The notes under the pieces are model-generated. The model saw only the letters and a list, made by a program, of their open reading frames with translations, was not told where the DNA came from and ran no database searches. A DNA stretch of 59,421 nucleotides, counting the filler, from Porpidia crustulata (taxonomy: Eukaryota), in NCBI GenBank assembly GCA_964255105.1. It is 7 parts of 7 records of this genome, joined end to end, with 100 filler letters (N's around TTAATTAATTAA, not from the genome) between each part and the next. Parts side by side here need not be neighbours in the genome. Positions count along the whole stretch, not along the records: positions 34,055 to 42,445 come from CAXUWE010001126.1; positions 42,546 to 50,935 come from CAXUWE010001127.1; positions 51,036 to 59,421 come from CAXUWE010001128.1; 4 more parts are not named here. One strand, written 5' to 3'. Below, in pieces: positions 38,718 to 51,699 of this stretch (the stretch's first letter is position 1; every line of letters begins with the position of its first letter). The translations under genes were made by a program, and so were the position numbers.

Positions 38718-39214
38718 CCCGATCTCACCCCTCAACGGGTCACACCCCTCAGCGGACCACACTAACCCCTAGGGTTATGGACAATGTTTTCTTCTTCATG
38801 ATCCCTTTCATCACCACATTTCCTTTTTTACGCATTAAATCAAATGTCTTTATTAGACGAGCACATCGAGAAGCGGCGCTATGATGGGGTCATTGCTACG
38901 ATCCGCTTCGAAGATATATGTTCATTCAGATTAACAAGTTGACGCGCGCAGCGTCCCCCACTGCATTTCGAAAGACGGAATACTCATGCATCACTAGATA
39001 TATCAGGCATGTTCGTACTTAACGGTCATTCGAACATGACGGTCTCTTCAATACGAGTTAACACGTTATTGTGATCTACTCAGAATTACTCTTCAAGCTC
39101 GAATTCGAAGCTAATGATTTAGTAGATGGATATAGATATCTAGACAAGCAGTATGTATTTAAGAGTTCAAAGACTTCCTAGTGTGAATGTGGCCCGTTGA
39201 GGGGTGAGAACGAT
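38718..39214. mobile_element. MITE copy B (497 bp, same TIR family as 33099-33202)
   Basis: Left TA|CCCGATCTCACCCCTCAACGGGTCACA, right TGTGGCCCGTTGAGGGGTGAGAACGAT|CA (22-nt core with 1 mismatch). Partial duplication of the left TIR, and CTAACCCCTAGGGTTA inside. Confidence 0.75.
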
Positions 39215-39745
39215 CATGCCTTCAAAGCTATGAGCACTGTTATTACAAATTAATGATCTAATGTCGTAATTCGATGGAGCAGCAAACATCTTGTACCTCT
39301 GCTCATCGCTTGCGCCACTAGGATTCTTGTATGTCAGAGACTAGAGTATCTCCAGCCTGCATTAACGCCGAAGGTTGCTGACGAATTTCTAATCCTATCT
39401 ACCTGTAGTAGATAGGTAGATATCTAAGGTGCCCTTCATTACCCCATATATTATATACTGTATATAAAGCACCCCTTTGTTCTTTCTTAGTTCCATCAAC
39501 CCTCCGTTTCCCCTACCTCAGTCCTTATATATTTCTATTCAGCCTCTAGCGACCTATCTCGATTCAAGCGTGATCTGTGAACAGCAGCCTTGAAAGCTTC
39601 TACTTGATGCATTTCAGTTGACCAGCTTATTAGCTTTTGCAGTGGAGGAAGTTCAATTCACGTCTCACGTACGCATCCAAGTCGTACTACCGCTAGAATT
39701 AATTTCTTATTTGCCTATCAACGTTTTTGATTTCATACTTTTAAG

Positions 39746-40548
39746 ATGACGGCGACGGCGACGAAAATAGTGATTTTGATCACTGGCGGTAAGTTTGTTA
39801 GCTAGTCTTTGCTCACGCAGCCTGCTAATCTGTGCTGCAAGCAAATGCTGGAATCGGCTTCGAGCTTGCAGCCCAATTGATGGCAAAGGGGTCATACCAC
39901 GTCCTCATGGGTTCGAGATCGCTCGAGAAAGGCAAGGCAGCCGTCAAGGAACTGGAATCTCGGAAGCTACCAGGCTCCGTGGAATTGATACCGATGGATG
40001 TCACCGACGACGACACCATCGAGCGTGCAGCAACCACAGTTCAGCGCGATCATGCCCGCCTGGACATGCTCGTCAATAACGCAGCTGTATCATGCATGAC
40101 CCCTCCCTTGCGCCAGCAAATGCGGGAAGCTTTTGACACGAATGCGACCGGGCCTGCCGTCGTAACCCAAATCTTCGCGCCCCTCCTTCTAAAATCGAGC
40201 GCTCCGCTGAGGCGGATCGTGAACATCTCCAGCGGCGTGGGGTCCATCAATCGCCGTCTCGATCCGTCCTCGGCCACCTACAAAATGCAGGGGGTGCAGT
40301 ATCGCGCGAGCAAAGCCGCTTTGAATATGGTCACCGCCTGCCAATGGGTCGAGTACGGACCGACTGGAATCAAGGTCTTTGCCTATGATCCCGGTTTCAC
40401 GCAGTCGAACCTGGGCCCCCACAACACGGCGGAGAATGGGGCAAAACCTCCGTCAGAGGCTGTTATGCCGTTGATTGACGTATTGGAGGGCAAACGTGAC
40501 GATGAGGCTGGCAAGTTTTTGCACAACACCGGGGTTTACCCTTGGTAG
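39746..40548 (+). CDS. Short-chain dehydrogenase/reductase
   Basis: MTATATKIVILITG|ANAGIG (intron at about 39789-39841), VNNAA, YRASK and DPGFTQSNL motifs. Confidence 0.9.
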
Positions 40549-42445
40549 GCGAATCATATGTTTCACTAGAATAGTCCGCTATTCTCGCTTTCCGCCTGAA
40601 AGACCGTCATGATGGGAAGTGATTGTCTGCACATCGATTCGTTACAAATCTGGTACTCTTATCAACACGAGCCTGCAAAAATGAGTGGAAAAGAAAAAGC
40701 GTTCAGGATTGCTGTCCACTTATTTTTGTGGATCCCCAGTCGTGCGGGGCGTATATCGGGCCGAGCCGTTAGCTTTTTTATCTAACCCGATACGGAGAAA
40801 CTCTCGCGAGCCCTCAACGCCCTAGGAAACACCAATGCCAAATCCGTCATTGTAGTACAGATACCACCGATACCACCAGCCCTCGGTGCCAAAAGTCACC
40901 AGAGACCCATGAGCCGCTAATCATCCCTCAGTCTCCAGCATTTTCTTTCGTCGGTGTGTAAGTCGTTCTGTTCGCCGTAAACTCTCTGAAGTCGGGATTT
41001 CTCCACCTCGATAATCTAATCTAGGCATTTCTTTGAAACTTTCTTCTGCTGTCCAGTCATTATCAATGTCTTCTGTCTCGCTCGTCTCCGGCCCTATCTC
41101 TCAATATCGAATGCTGGCTCCAGTGTCTATCTATGTCTGCTTTTAGGATCTTGGCTCAAGCATCCAGGTTCAGGGCTTCATATCCCTGAGGGTCCAAGAC
41201 TCAGGCATCAGCATCGTTTCAGATACAGTATTTGATTATGAAGTCAATAGGTGCAGCAGAAACGAAATGAGAGTATCGTTTCAAAGCTTTTGGGTATCGA
41301 TCCTTTCAGTAGCGCTGATTGATCAGCCTGGGTTCGCGAGAGCTCGACAAGAGAGCTAAACCCGAAAAAGATTGGTGAACCCCAGCCCTAGAGAAGGGAT
41401 TCTTCGTTCTTTGGTGAATTTTGCAAGTCACTCAAATGCAAGGATCTAGACGTGTTACGTGATATTTTCTGCTATGACTACAGAATTGTTCTCAGTAATA
41501 CTATGTAATAAGTTCATCATCAGACCGCTGGGTCATAGCTTACACTGCAGCTCCTTCGACCGTCCTGCTTGTATTAAGTTGCCATCTAACATATTTGGGC
41601 TACGTGTTTCCATTCGTTTTGGAGAGACTCAAATTTTTAGTCAAATGTTTGCTCATGGTTCCGTCGACGATGATACGCGTTCTCTTTGTATATCTCCTCT
41701 TCCTCTTTGTATATAGAATCATTGTAAAAGACAGCCACAAACGAGTCGAATCCTCGTAGCTAAACCATCTTTCCGACACAGGTCCTTGATCATACCCTTC
41801 TCGACCGACGTGAGGATCTCCGCCCTGAAATGACGATATACTGCTCATTATTGCTCTCGACAGAGCGGGAAGAGAGGCGGTAGGGAAACTATGCGCTGCA
41901 AGTTAATTCGAAGACTTTCGCCGCGCCTTGGCTGGAGGTGAGTTTTCATTTTCTTTAGTTCTTTGATGCTATACTCGCCACTGGAGGAGCCGGAAGAAAT
42001 TAAGCAGCCTTGGCGGAGGGGGGTTGTCGATGCTACTGCTTATCTCTGAAATTTTGACTCGTGACAGTGCACTCATTAATATCAGAGTCAGATATGGTGA
42101 GATTGACGATATTCTCTGTTCCGACAGCCGAAACGAAGTTTAGAACGTTTTTTTTAAAGAGCAATCAGAATGAATAACACACGAACTCTTTGAGAGACGT
42201 CTTGATGAAGAAGATTGTGTGTTCGCTGTCGGGGAAGCACATCTGATCTGCTTCAATCGTCGCTTAAGTTCGATCGCAACGCAATGCTATACTTGATATA
42301 CATCTTCACGAACGCTTGGCCACAAAGGAATTGAAAGTATTGAACGAGACTCGCTTATTCGATTCTGAATAGAAATTTTTTAAGCAGTCGGGTGTGATGG
42401 GTTAGACCCATTAATTGGATTAGGTACTACGTACCTGCATTCTCG

Positions 42446-42545
42446 NNNNNNNNNNNNNNNNNNNNNNNNNNNNNNNNNNNNNNNNNNNNTTAATTAATTA
42501 ANNNNNNNNNNNNNNNNNNNNNNNNNNNNNNNNNNNNNNNNNNNN
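42446..42545. other. Artificial contig-joining spacer
   Basis: N-run + TTAATTAATTAA + N-run, 100 nt. Confidence 0.97.
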
Positions 42546-43012
42546 GATGTGAGGAGGAGTTTATGGATGTGTGATACTTGGGTCGGATCAGAGTGCCATA
42601 CTACATAGGATGGACAGACTTTGAGCGCGGCTCTTTATGGAGGTGGATCAATCTTAATGTAGCGTCCCAGATGGTGTGTTGATGTCAAAAATTCGCATGA
42701 GTCAAATATCCATGGACAGCTACTTCGAGCAGGGTAGCGATATAAATTTGCTCCGTAGCTCTTTCACTATGAGGATTCCTCAAGATAACATTGAGTGTAA
42801 CGCGTATCGACTTTATGATACCTCGAAGTTCCATAAAGCGTTAGTTTCTCGTTTACTAGCTGCCGTGTTTAGTGCTGTTGATCACTGCACGGTAGACATC
42901 GGCAGATGTAAGCTTAGAGGCCGTTGGAGGGTGCATTCGAATGTGAGGATAGATGTCCTAACCAGTTCAAGTCCGTCCTTGAGAGCTGAAAGCCGCCGGG
43001 CCATTCGAAATC

Positions 43013-46000
43013 ATGGCTCAGCAAGGCTCGGACGCCTTGAACCGTACTTTCTCTGAGCTCAAGGCCAAAGATGAAGATCGAAGGCGCCAGGCTGCGTACG
43101 ATCTGTATCAACTGGTAACAACAGCCGCCAGAGGTAAGAGCTACAACGAGTTACCGATGTGGAAGCTGACGAGCTGTAGAGTTATCTCCCGATGATTTCC
43201 AAACCTACTATGGCAATGTCAATCACCGCATAACTCAGCTCATCAACAGCAACGACACAAATGACAAAATTGGGGGTATTCTTGCAGTCGACAACCTCAT
43301 TGGTTTTGCTGGGGATGATGCGGCCAAGAAAACTGCCCGCTTCTATGGAAACTTGCGATCAGCACTGCGAAGTAGCGACAATGCCGTCCTCATCTTCGCT
43401 GCCCGGGCATTGGGGCATTTGGCGGTACCAGGTGGGGCACTCACCGCCGAATTGGTCGAGAGCGAAGTAAAATCAGCCCTTGAATGGCTACAGTCAGATC
43501 GACAAGAGAGTCGACGTTTTGCAGCTGTACTTGTCATCCGTGAGCTTGCGAAGAATTCGCCAACGTTACTCTACGCGTTCGTTCCTCAGATATTCGACTG
43601 CATATGGCCTGCTTTACGCGATGCCAAAGTGCTTATACGCGAAACTGCCGCAGAAGCTGTGGGCGCCTGCTTCGAGATTATATCTGCGCGCGATGCGACC
43701 ATGAGACAGCAATGGTTTTCTCGCATGTACGAGGAGACTCTGCAAGGGTTCAAGTCTGGGAATCCCGAGATCCTCCATGGTTCATTGCTTACTTTAAAAG
43801 AGCTTTTATCGAAAGGAGGTATGTTCATGCATGAGCATTACAGAGAGGCATGTGAGATCGCCCTCCGTCTGAAAGAACACAAAGAAGTGAGGGTTCGTGC
43901 CCAAATTGTTACGCTGGTGCCCATCCTGGCTGGCTACGCGCCCACGGAATTCGCATCAATTTACCTCTACAAGTTCATGACCCACCTACAGAATCAACTT
44001 AAAAAGGATAAGGAGCGTAACGCCGCATTTGTCGCTATCGGCAAGGTGGCCAACGCCGTAGGAAGCGCTATTGCGCCATATCTTGACGGCATCATTCTGT
44101 TCGTTAGGGACGCCCTTAGTGTCAAGGCGTGAGTCAAACTGTATAGTGTGGTTGTTGATATACTGATATTGCTCAGCCGTAATCGGATGGGTACAGACGA
44201 AGCTCCAGTTTTCCAATGCATCAGTATGTTGTCGATTGCTGTCGGCCAGACTTTGAGCAAGTATATGGAAGCATTATTAGACCCTATGTTTGCCTGTGGC
44301 TTGAGCCAAGCACTTACCCAGGCTCTTGTTGACATGGCTCACTATATTCCCCCGATCAAGCTGATGATACAAGAGAAGCTCTTGGACCTACTAAGTCTTG
44401 TTTTATCTGGACGACCTTTCAAGCCTCTGGGGTGTCCTGAAAACAAACTTCCTCCTATTCCTGCTTTTGCAAAAGACTATAACTTGCAATTGACAGGACA
44501 TAGTGATTCGCAGATAGCACTTGCCTTGAACACGCTAGGCACCTTTGACTTTGCCGGTGAGCATCCGTGTTCCATAGTCCCCAGACTCTCTGCAAGTAAG
44601 CTGATTGTCGTCGTAGGCCACGTACTGAATGAGTTCGTACGGGATGTCATAATACGTTATGTTGATAACAATAACGCCGGCATTCGAAAAGCGGCCGCTC
44701 TGACTTGCTGTCAACTCTATATCCGCGATCCCATCATCAATCAGACCAGCTTCCATGCGATCAAGGTAGTTGGGGAAGTTATTGAGAGGCTCTTGGATGT
44801 CGGTGTGGCAGACATAGATGCAGATATTCGCCGGACAGTCCTTCTCTCACTTGATAAGAAGTTCGACAAACACCTCTCCAAACCCAACAATATTCGATCC
44901 ATCTTCCTTGCTGTCAATGATAGCGACTTTGAAGTCCGTCAGGCTGCAATTATCATAATCGGGAGACTGACCGACAACAACCCGGCATATGTCTTCCCAC
45001 CTCTTCGGAAGCTGATGCTGAACTTGTTGGTGGGCATTGATCGTTCTCACGATTCAAGATACGAAGAAGAGGGTGCTCGACTGATAAGTCTGTTCGTGGC
45101 TAACGCAAAGGATATTGTCATACCATTCACAGATCCTTTGATGAAGACTCTGCTACCAAAGTCAACGGATGCCAATTCCACAGTCGCTGCGACTACGATC
45201 AAAGCAATTGGGGAGATTGCGACCCTTGGTGGCAAAGAATTAGTTCCGTACATACCGAAGCTTATGCCTACTATCATCGACGCTCTGCAGGACCTAAGCT
45301 CGCAGAGTAAGAGAGATTCGGCATTGCGTACTCTTGGTCAATTAGCAAGCAGCTCAGGTTACGTTATCCAGCCGTATATCGACTATCCGCATCTACTGGA
45401 TTTGCTGGTAAATATAATTAAAACGGAACAGCAGGGGGTCATACGTAAGGAAACCATCAAGTTGCTTGGTATTCTAGGTGCTCTCGACCCATACAAGCAC
45501 CAGCAGATCATGGAGATGACTCCAGAAATTCGTTTGAAGAACGACGTCCAATCCATCTCCGACGTTGCTCTGATCATGCAAGGGTTGACACCTTCAAATG
45601 AAGAGTATAATCCTACGGTCGTCATGAACACTCTCATGCAAACGATGCTAAAAGACGTCTCTTTGGCTCAATACCACTCTGCAGTCATCGAAGCTATTGT
45701 GACCATTTTCAAAACTCTCGGTTTGAAATGTGTGCCCTTTCTCGCGCAAATCGTCCCAAGCTTTGTGACTGTGATACGAAACGCACCTCAAACTCGCCTT
45801 GAATCGTATTTCAACCAACTTGCAATTCTTGTTACTATTGTGCGTCAGCATATCCGGCCATTTGTCAGACCACTACTCGATCTCGTCGTGGAATTCTGGT
45901 CAACCTCGTCGCAAATACAGAGTACGGTACTTTCTCTTGTGGAAGCGTTGTCAAAATCGCTTGAGATGGAATTCCGTAGATTCATTCCACGTATACTTCC

Positions 46001-49000
46001 TCTAATGTTAGGCATTCTGGAAAGTGATACCAACGTTCGACGAACGGCTTCCGAGAAGGTTCTGCATGCAATACTGGTCTTTGGGCCAGCTAGTGAATAC
46101 TACATGCATCTCATCATTCCCATGCTTGTGAGACTATTCCAGAAGCTGCTCAACCCAATCTCAATACGTAAGTCGGCGATCGATACGATTGGCAAGATTT
46201 CACGACAGGTCAACTTATTAGACTACACTTCTTTGATCGTTCAAAGCTTGGGCAAAATACTTACAGGCAAAGAGCAAGTTCTTAAACAAGCTGCGTTAGA
46301 CTGCATATGTGCTCTCATATTCCAGCTTGGTCAAGAATTCAATATCTACATCAATACTGTCAAGAAAATCCTCGTCGCCAGCAACGTCCCTCATCAGAAT
46401 TATGATCTCCTTGTATCTAAGCTCCGGAAAGGAGAGCCGCTCCCTCAAGACCTCAGTCCAGAAGATCACTACGGTAGGCTTGGCGACGACTCTAATTTCG
46501 CAGACATTGTGCAAAAGAAACTTTTGCCCAACCAGGAGCATCTAAAGAACGCTTGGGAAGCTTCTCAGAAGTCTACACGGGAAGATTGGATCGAGTGGAT
46601 GAGACGCTTTAGCGTTGAGCTTCTGAAGGAATCACCGTCACATGCACTGCGGGCCTGTGCCGATTTGGCAGGTGTCTATCAGCCACTTGCAAAAGATCTG
46701 TTCAATGCGGCGTTTGCGTCTTGTTGGACGGAACTTTACGAACAGTACCAAGACGAGCTAGTAAAGTCCTTGGAAACCGCAATAACCTCGCCTCACATCC
46801 CACCTGAGATTCTACAGATACTGCTGAATCTGGCGGAGTTTATGGAGCATGATGACAAAGCTCTCCCCATCGACATCCGAATCTTAGGGTTATATGCTGC
46901 TAGATGCCATGCGTTTGCAAAAGCTTTACACTATAAAGAGCTTGAATTCGAGGAAGAGAAGACCCCAGGCACTGTCGAGGCCCTTATCTATATTAATAAT
47001 CAGTTGCAGCAGTCGGACGCAGCCGTTGGAATCTTGCGCAATGCCCAGAAGTACAAAGATTTTGAGTTGAAAGAAACCTGGTTTGAGAAGCTTGAGCGTT
47101 GGGACGAGGCCCTGCTGGCTTACGAGAGACGCGAAAAGGATGACCCGACTTCATTCGAGATTACCATGGGTAAGATGAGATGTCTTCACGCACTCGGAGA
47201 ATGGGATCTACTATCAAATATGGCAGAAGTCAAGTGGAATCTTGCATCCATCGAGCACAAGCGAGCAATCGCACCGCTAGCTGCAGCTGCTGCATGGGGT
47301 CTTGGCCAGTGGGAGCTGATGGACAACTACTTGGATTCAATGAAGTCACAATCCCCCGATAGATCCTTCTTTGGAGCAATTCTATCGATACACCGCAACC
47401 AATTTGAACGCGCTTCTGACCATATTGAAAAAGCAAGAGAGGGCCTTGATACGGAGTTGAGCGCATTACTAGGTGAATCTTACAATCGAGCATACAGTGT
47501 TGTGGTTCGCGTCCAAATGCTTGCCGAACTTGAAGAGATCATCACTTACAAAAAGAGCGATGGCAATGAATTGAAACAAGCTACCATGAGACAAACTTGG
47601 ACTAGACGACTCAAGGGTTGTCAGCGTAACGTGGAGGTCTGGCAGCGTATGCTTAAAGTCAGAGCGCTTGTGATCACTCCCAAAGAGAACATTGACATGT
47701 GGATCAAATTTGCCAACCTCTGTCGGAAGTCTGGCCGCATTGGCCTCGCAGAAAAATCTCTGGACTTGCTACAGAGAGTTAATGTAGATCCAGGACAGAA
47801 CCTACTCTTGGGCTCTTCCGGGGTACCGGAAGTACTCTATGCCCAGCTGAAATATCAGTGGACGACTGGGAGGAAGCCAGACTCTTTACATCGTCTGCGC
47901 GAGTTCACTACCGAACTTTCCTCCCAACTGAACGCCCACCATGCTCAAATCCAGGTTGATCCGAGAGGATCTCTCAATAACCTAGGCTCGGCGCATGACA
48001 GACACGGCCTTGATGCTCCGAAGAAACCCACAATAGACCCTGTTGCTTTTAGCAAACTCCTTGCAAAGTGTTACCTCAAGCAAGGCGAGTGGCTTACTAC
48101 ATTGAAGAAAGGAGATTGGAGGTCTGAGCACGTCCATGAAATCATAGCTTCGTATGCTCATGCGACATCCTATAATCAGAGCTGGTATAAGGCTTGGCAT
48201 GCGTGGGCACTAGCTAATTTCGAGGTTGTGACGGCGATTACGTCCCAAGCCAACCGTGAAACAGCTGTCCTACCACAAGAGGTCATTATCGATCATGTGG
48301 TACCGGCTATTCAAGGCTTCTTCAAGTCGATTGCGTTGTCGTCAAATAGCTCTCTACAAGACACACTCCGTTTGTTAACGCTTTGGTTTGCCCATGGTGG
48401 AGACCAGGAGGTCAATCTAGCAGTCACACTAGGGTTCGCGACTGTCAGCGTGGACACTTGGTTAGAGGTTATTCCTCAACTGATTGCACGCATCAACCAG
48501 CCCAACAACAGAGTCCGACAGTCTATCCACCGCCTTTTAGCTGAAGTCGGCAAAGCACATCCACAAGCTTTGGTGTATCCACTTACAGTGGCAATGAAGT
48601 CTAACGTTGCCCGTCGATCTCAATCAGCCGGCCAAATCATGGAAAGCATGCGACAACATAGTCCTGCATTGGTTGAGCAGGCAGACCTTGTAAGCCATGA
48701 GCTTATTCGTGTTGCAGTGTTATGGCATGAACTTTGGCATGAAGGTCTCGAAGAGGCATCAAGACTGTATGACTTCCTCCATCTCTACGAGAGACGACTC
48801 ACGCCTGAGTTACTTGCTTATTGTAACAGGTATTTTGGCGATCACGATATTGAGGGCATGTTTGCTACGTTGCTTCCTTTGCATGATCTTGTGGAAAAGG
48901 TAAGACAATGCAAAAGGTGGAAGAACTCGACTAACAATCATTATAGCAAGGACCCGAAACCCTTCGAGAAATATCGTTCTGTCAGGCTTTCGGCCGGGAT

Positions 49001-50431
49001 CTTCACGAAGCCCAGGTTTGGTGCGAAACCTATAAAAAATCCAAGGAAGTTGGCGACCTCAACCAAGCTTGGGATCTTTACTACTCAGTGTTCCGCCGAA
49101 TCGCTCGACAATTGCAACATCTGATGACACTCGATTTGACATATGTCTCGCCCAAGCTTAAGGAGGCAAAGAATCTGGACCTGGCTGTACCTGGGACATA
49201 TCGGAGCGGTAAACCTATCATCCGCATTAAAGGCTGCGATCATGTCTTTACCGTCATTCCATCAAAGCAGCGTCCGCGGAAGATGACTCTTCGAGGTAGT
49301 GATGGAATCGCGTATGCCTTTGTTCTGAAGGGACACGAGGATATTCGCCAGGATGAACGTGTGATGCAATTGTTTGGTCTCGTCAATACTCTTCTCAATA
49401 ACGACAGTGAGAGCTTTAAGCGCCACCTCAATATTCAACAATTCCCAGCAGTACCTCTCTCACAGAACTCGGGGTTGCTCGGGTGGGTTCCCAATAGCGA
49501 TACCTTCCATAACTTGATCAAGGATTATCGAGAGAGCCGTAGAATCTTGCTCAATATCGAGCATAGAATTATGCTTCAGATGGCGCCAGACTACGACAAC
49601 CTCACACTGATGCAGAAAGTCGAAGTTTTCAGTTACGCCATGGACAATACCACCGGGAAAGACCTCTATCGAGTTCTTTGGCTCAAGAGCAAGAGCTCCG
49701 AATCCTGGCTCGAGCGTCGTACTAATTACACCCGCTCTCTTGCAGTTATGTCCATGGTTGGCTATATCTTGGGTCTTGGTGACCGCCATCCCTCCAATCT
49801 AATGCTCGACCGCATTACCGGCAAAGTAATCCATATCGATTTTGGCGACTGCTTCGAAGTAGCCATGCACCGCGAGAAATACCCCGAGCGCGTCCCCTTC
49901 CGTCTCACCCGCATGCTCACCTTTGCTATGGAAGTTAGCAACATTGACGGTAGCTACAAGCTATCCTGCGAAGCCGTCATGCGCGTCATCCGCGACAACA
50001 AGGAATCCCTCATGGCCGTCCTCGAAGCATTCATCCACGACCCCCTGCTTAATTGGCGCCTCGGCAACCGCGAATCCCCGCCAGAGCCCTCCTTTCCCTC
50101 CGCGCGCCGCCAATCCATCATCGGCGACGTCGACGAAGTCCAGCTCCAGCAGAACCGTCCCGTCAACAGCTCGGTGCGCGCCCGGCGCTACTCCGCCACC
50201 ATCGCCGACGTGGGCGCCCAGGACCCGAACGATGCGAACAACGAGAACCGCGAAGTGCAGAACGCGCGCGCCGTGCAGGTGCTCGCGCGTGTCCACCAGA
50301 AACTCACAGGCCGTGATTTCAAGCCGAAAGAAGAGCTCAACGTTGAGCAGCAGGTCGCCAAGCTGATCGGGCAGGCGACGAGCGTGGAGAATCTGTGTCA
50401 GCATTATATTGGTTGGTGCAGCTTCTGGTAA
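43013..50431 (+). CDS. TOR: Target of rapamycin (TOR) PIKK kinase
   Basis: HEAT repeats, FAT domain ([11 protein letters not shown]), FRB ([19 protein letters not shown]), kinase ([29 protein letters not shown]) and FATC ([14 protein letters not shown]). Five short introns near 43134, 44129, 44557, 48767 and 48900. Confidence 0.97.
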
Positions 50432-50865
50432 GTGAACGGATTGAACGTAGGGGAATTGAGAAATGGGCATGACGTGGCATGTCAAACGGCGGCGTTTTTG
50501 TTGCTAGGTGGTTTCTCGCGAGGTGGGGGTTTTTTTTTAATCAAATGCCGGAACAGTGATCGTGATACCCCCCAGGCCATACGCATGCAGAAAGGTGCCT
50601 TGGTGGTTTTTGTCCACATCTTAATATGGGGCGGTTGCTATCGATAGCTGTTAGCTATTTTGTGGGTTTCTATCGAGTCGATGTATGATAATTTTTTTTG
50701 AGATTTGAGATTATATTGGGGTAAGATGGACAGATGGAGATGAGATGAATGGACAATAAAGATTAAAGATGTGGTTTGATTCGATGAGGATTTGTGCGTG
50801 CGTAAGTGTGTGTGGAGGTTTGTGGTTGTGATTGTGATTGAGATGGACATGGATGGATGTTTTAT

Positions 50866-50935
50866 ATATGTTTAATGCACATATGTATGATATATATATG
50901 CATGTATGTATGTATGGCATACATGCATATATAGA
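50866..50935. repeat. AT/ATGT microsatellite-like low-complexity tract at contig end
   Basis: ATATATG...GATATATATATGCATGTATGTATGTATG... Confidence 0.7.
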
Positions 50936-51035
50936 NNNNNNNNNNNNNNNNNNNNNNNNNNNNNNNNNNNNNNNNNNNNTTAATTAATTAANNNNNNNNN
51001 NNNNNNNNNNNNNNNNNNNNNNNNNNNNNNNNNNN
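50936..51035. other. Artificial contig-joining spacer
   Basis: N-run + TTAATTAATTAA + N-run, 100 nt. Confidence 0.97.
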
Positions 51036-51248
51036 GGGCGGTTTTGGGTGGAGGTGAGGAAGCGGTGGGGAGAGGGTGTCTGGGTGCATTATTTATGAGC
51101 GAAGGGGTCTTGGTCTAGGAGGGTGGAAGACCCACGACTGGAGGTGGCGACATGGTTTTTTTCTTGAGGCTGTTTACATGATTGAGGTTGAGGTTGAGGT
51201 GAAGCGTAGGTAAGGTATTTCAGTCTTGGCAATGCGCGAGTAGATGTA

Positions 51249-51339
51249 CTCATTCTCACCCCTCAACGGACCGCCCGGGCTAGGGTTAGGGTTATATCTA
51301 CTAATTTTGATTAGGGTGCTCTGTTGAGGTGAGAACGAG
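51249..51339. mobile_element. MITE copy C (91 bp, degenerate, same family)
   Basis: TA|CTCATTCTCACCCCTCAACGGACC...GGGCTAGGGTTAGGGTTA...TTAGGG...TCTGTTGAGGTGAGAACGAG. Confidence 0.7.
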
Positions 51340-51699
51340 GATCGTAAAAAAGAAAAACTTCTTCCTAATCTCAAAAAAATCAGATCCTCGAGATTCGCGT
51401 GACAATGCTAGCCGAATCACCTGTACCGGCAGGATATTGCCATTGATCAGAAAATATTGTAATGAGTTCTTCATCTATGCAACATCAATTGCGATGTCAA
51501 CAGGTTATTGACACTCGGGTGGATCAGGATTGAGAATCTTGTAAACCAAGGGAAACCTCTCAAGATACTTTGGAGCGCTCGTTGCGCTTGCTGTTCTCTG
51601 GCTCTTCTGAAAGCTAAGTAGCTGGAGCATTGCCAGCATTATCATACAAGATTTGCGACGACTAGTGCCCGATGCCTCAACACTTCCACTGCTTCATAT

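Noticed and set aside
48690..48900. Rapamycin-resistance change or insertion in the TOR FRB domain
   Set aside because: The key Ser (EEASRL) is intact, and the apparent insertion is an in-frame intron at about 48767-48829.
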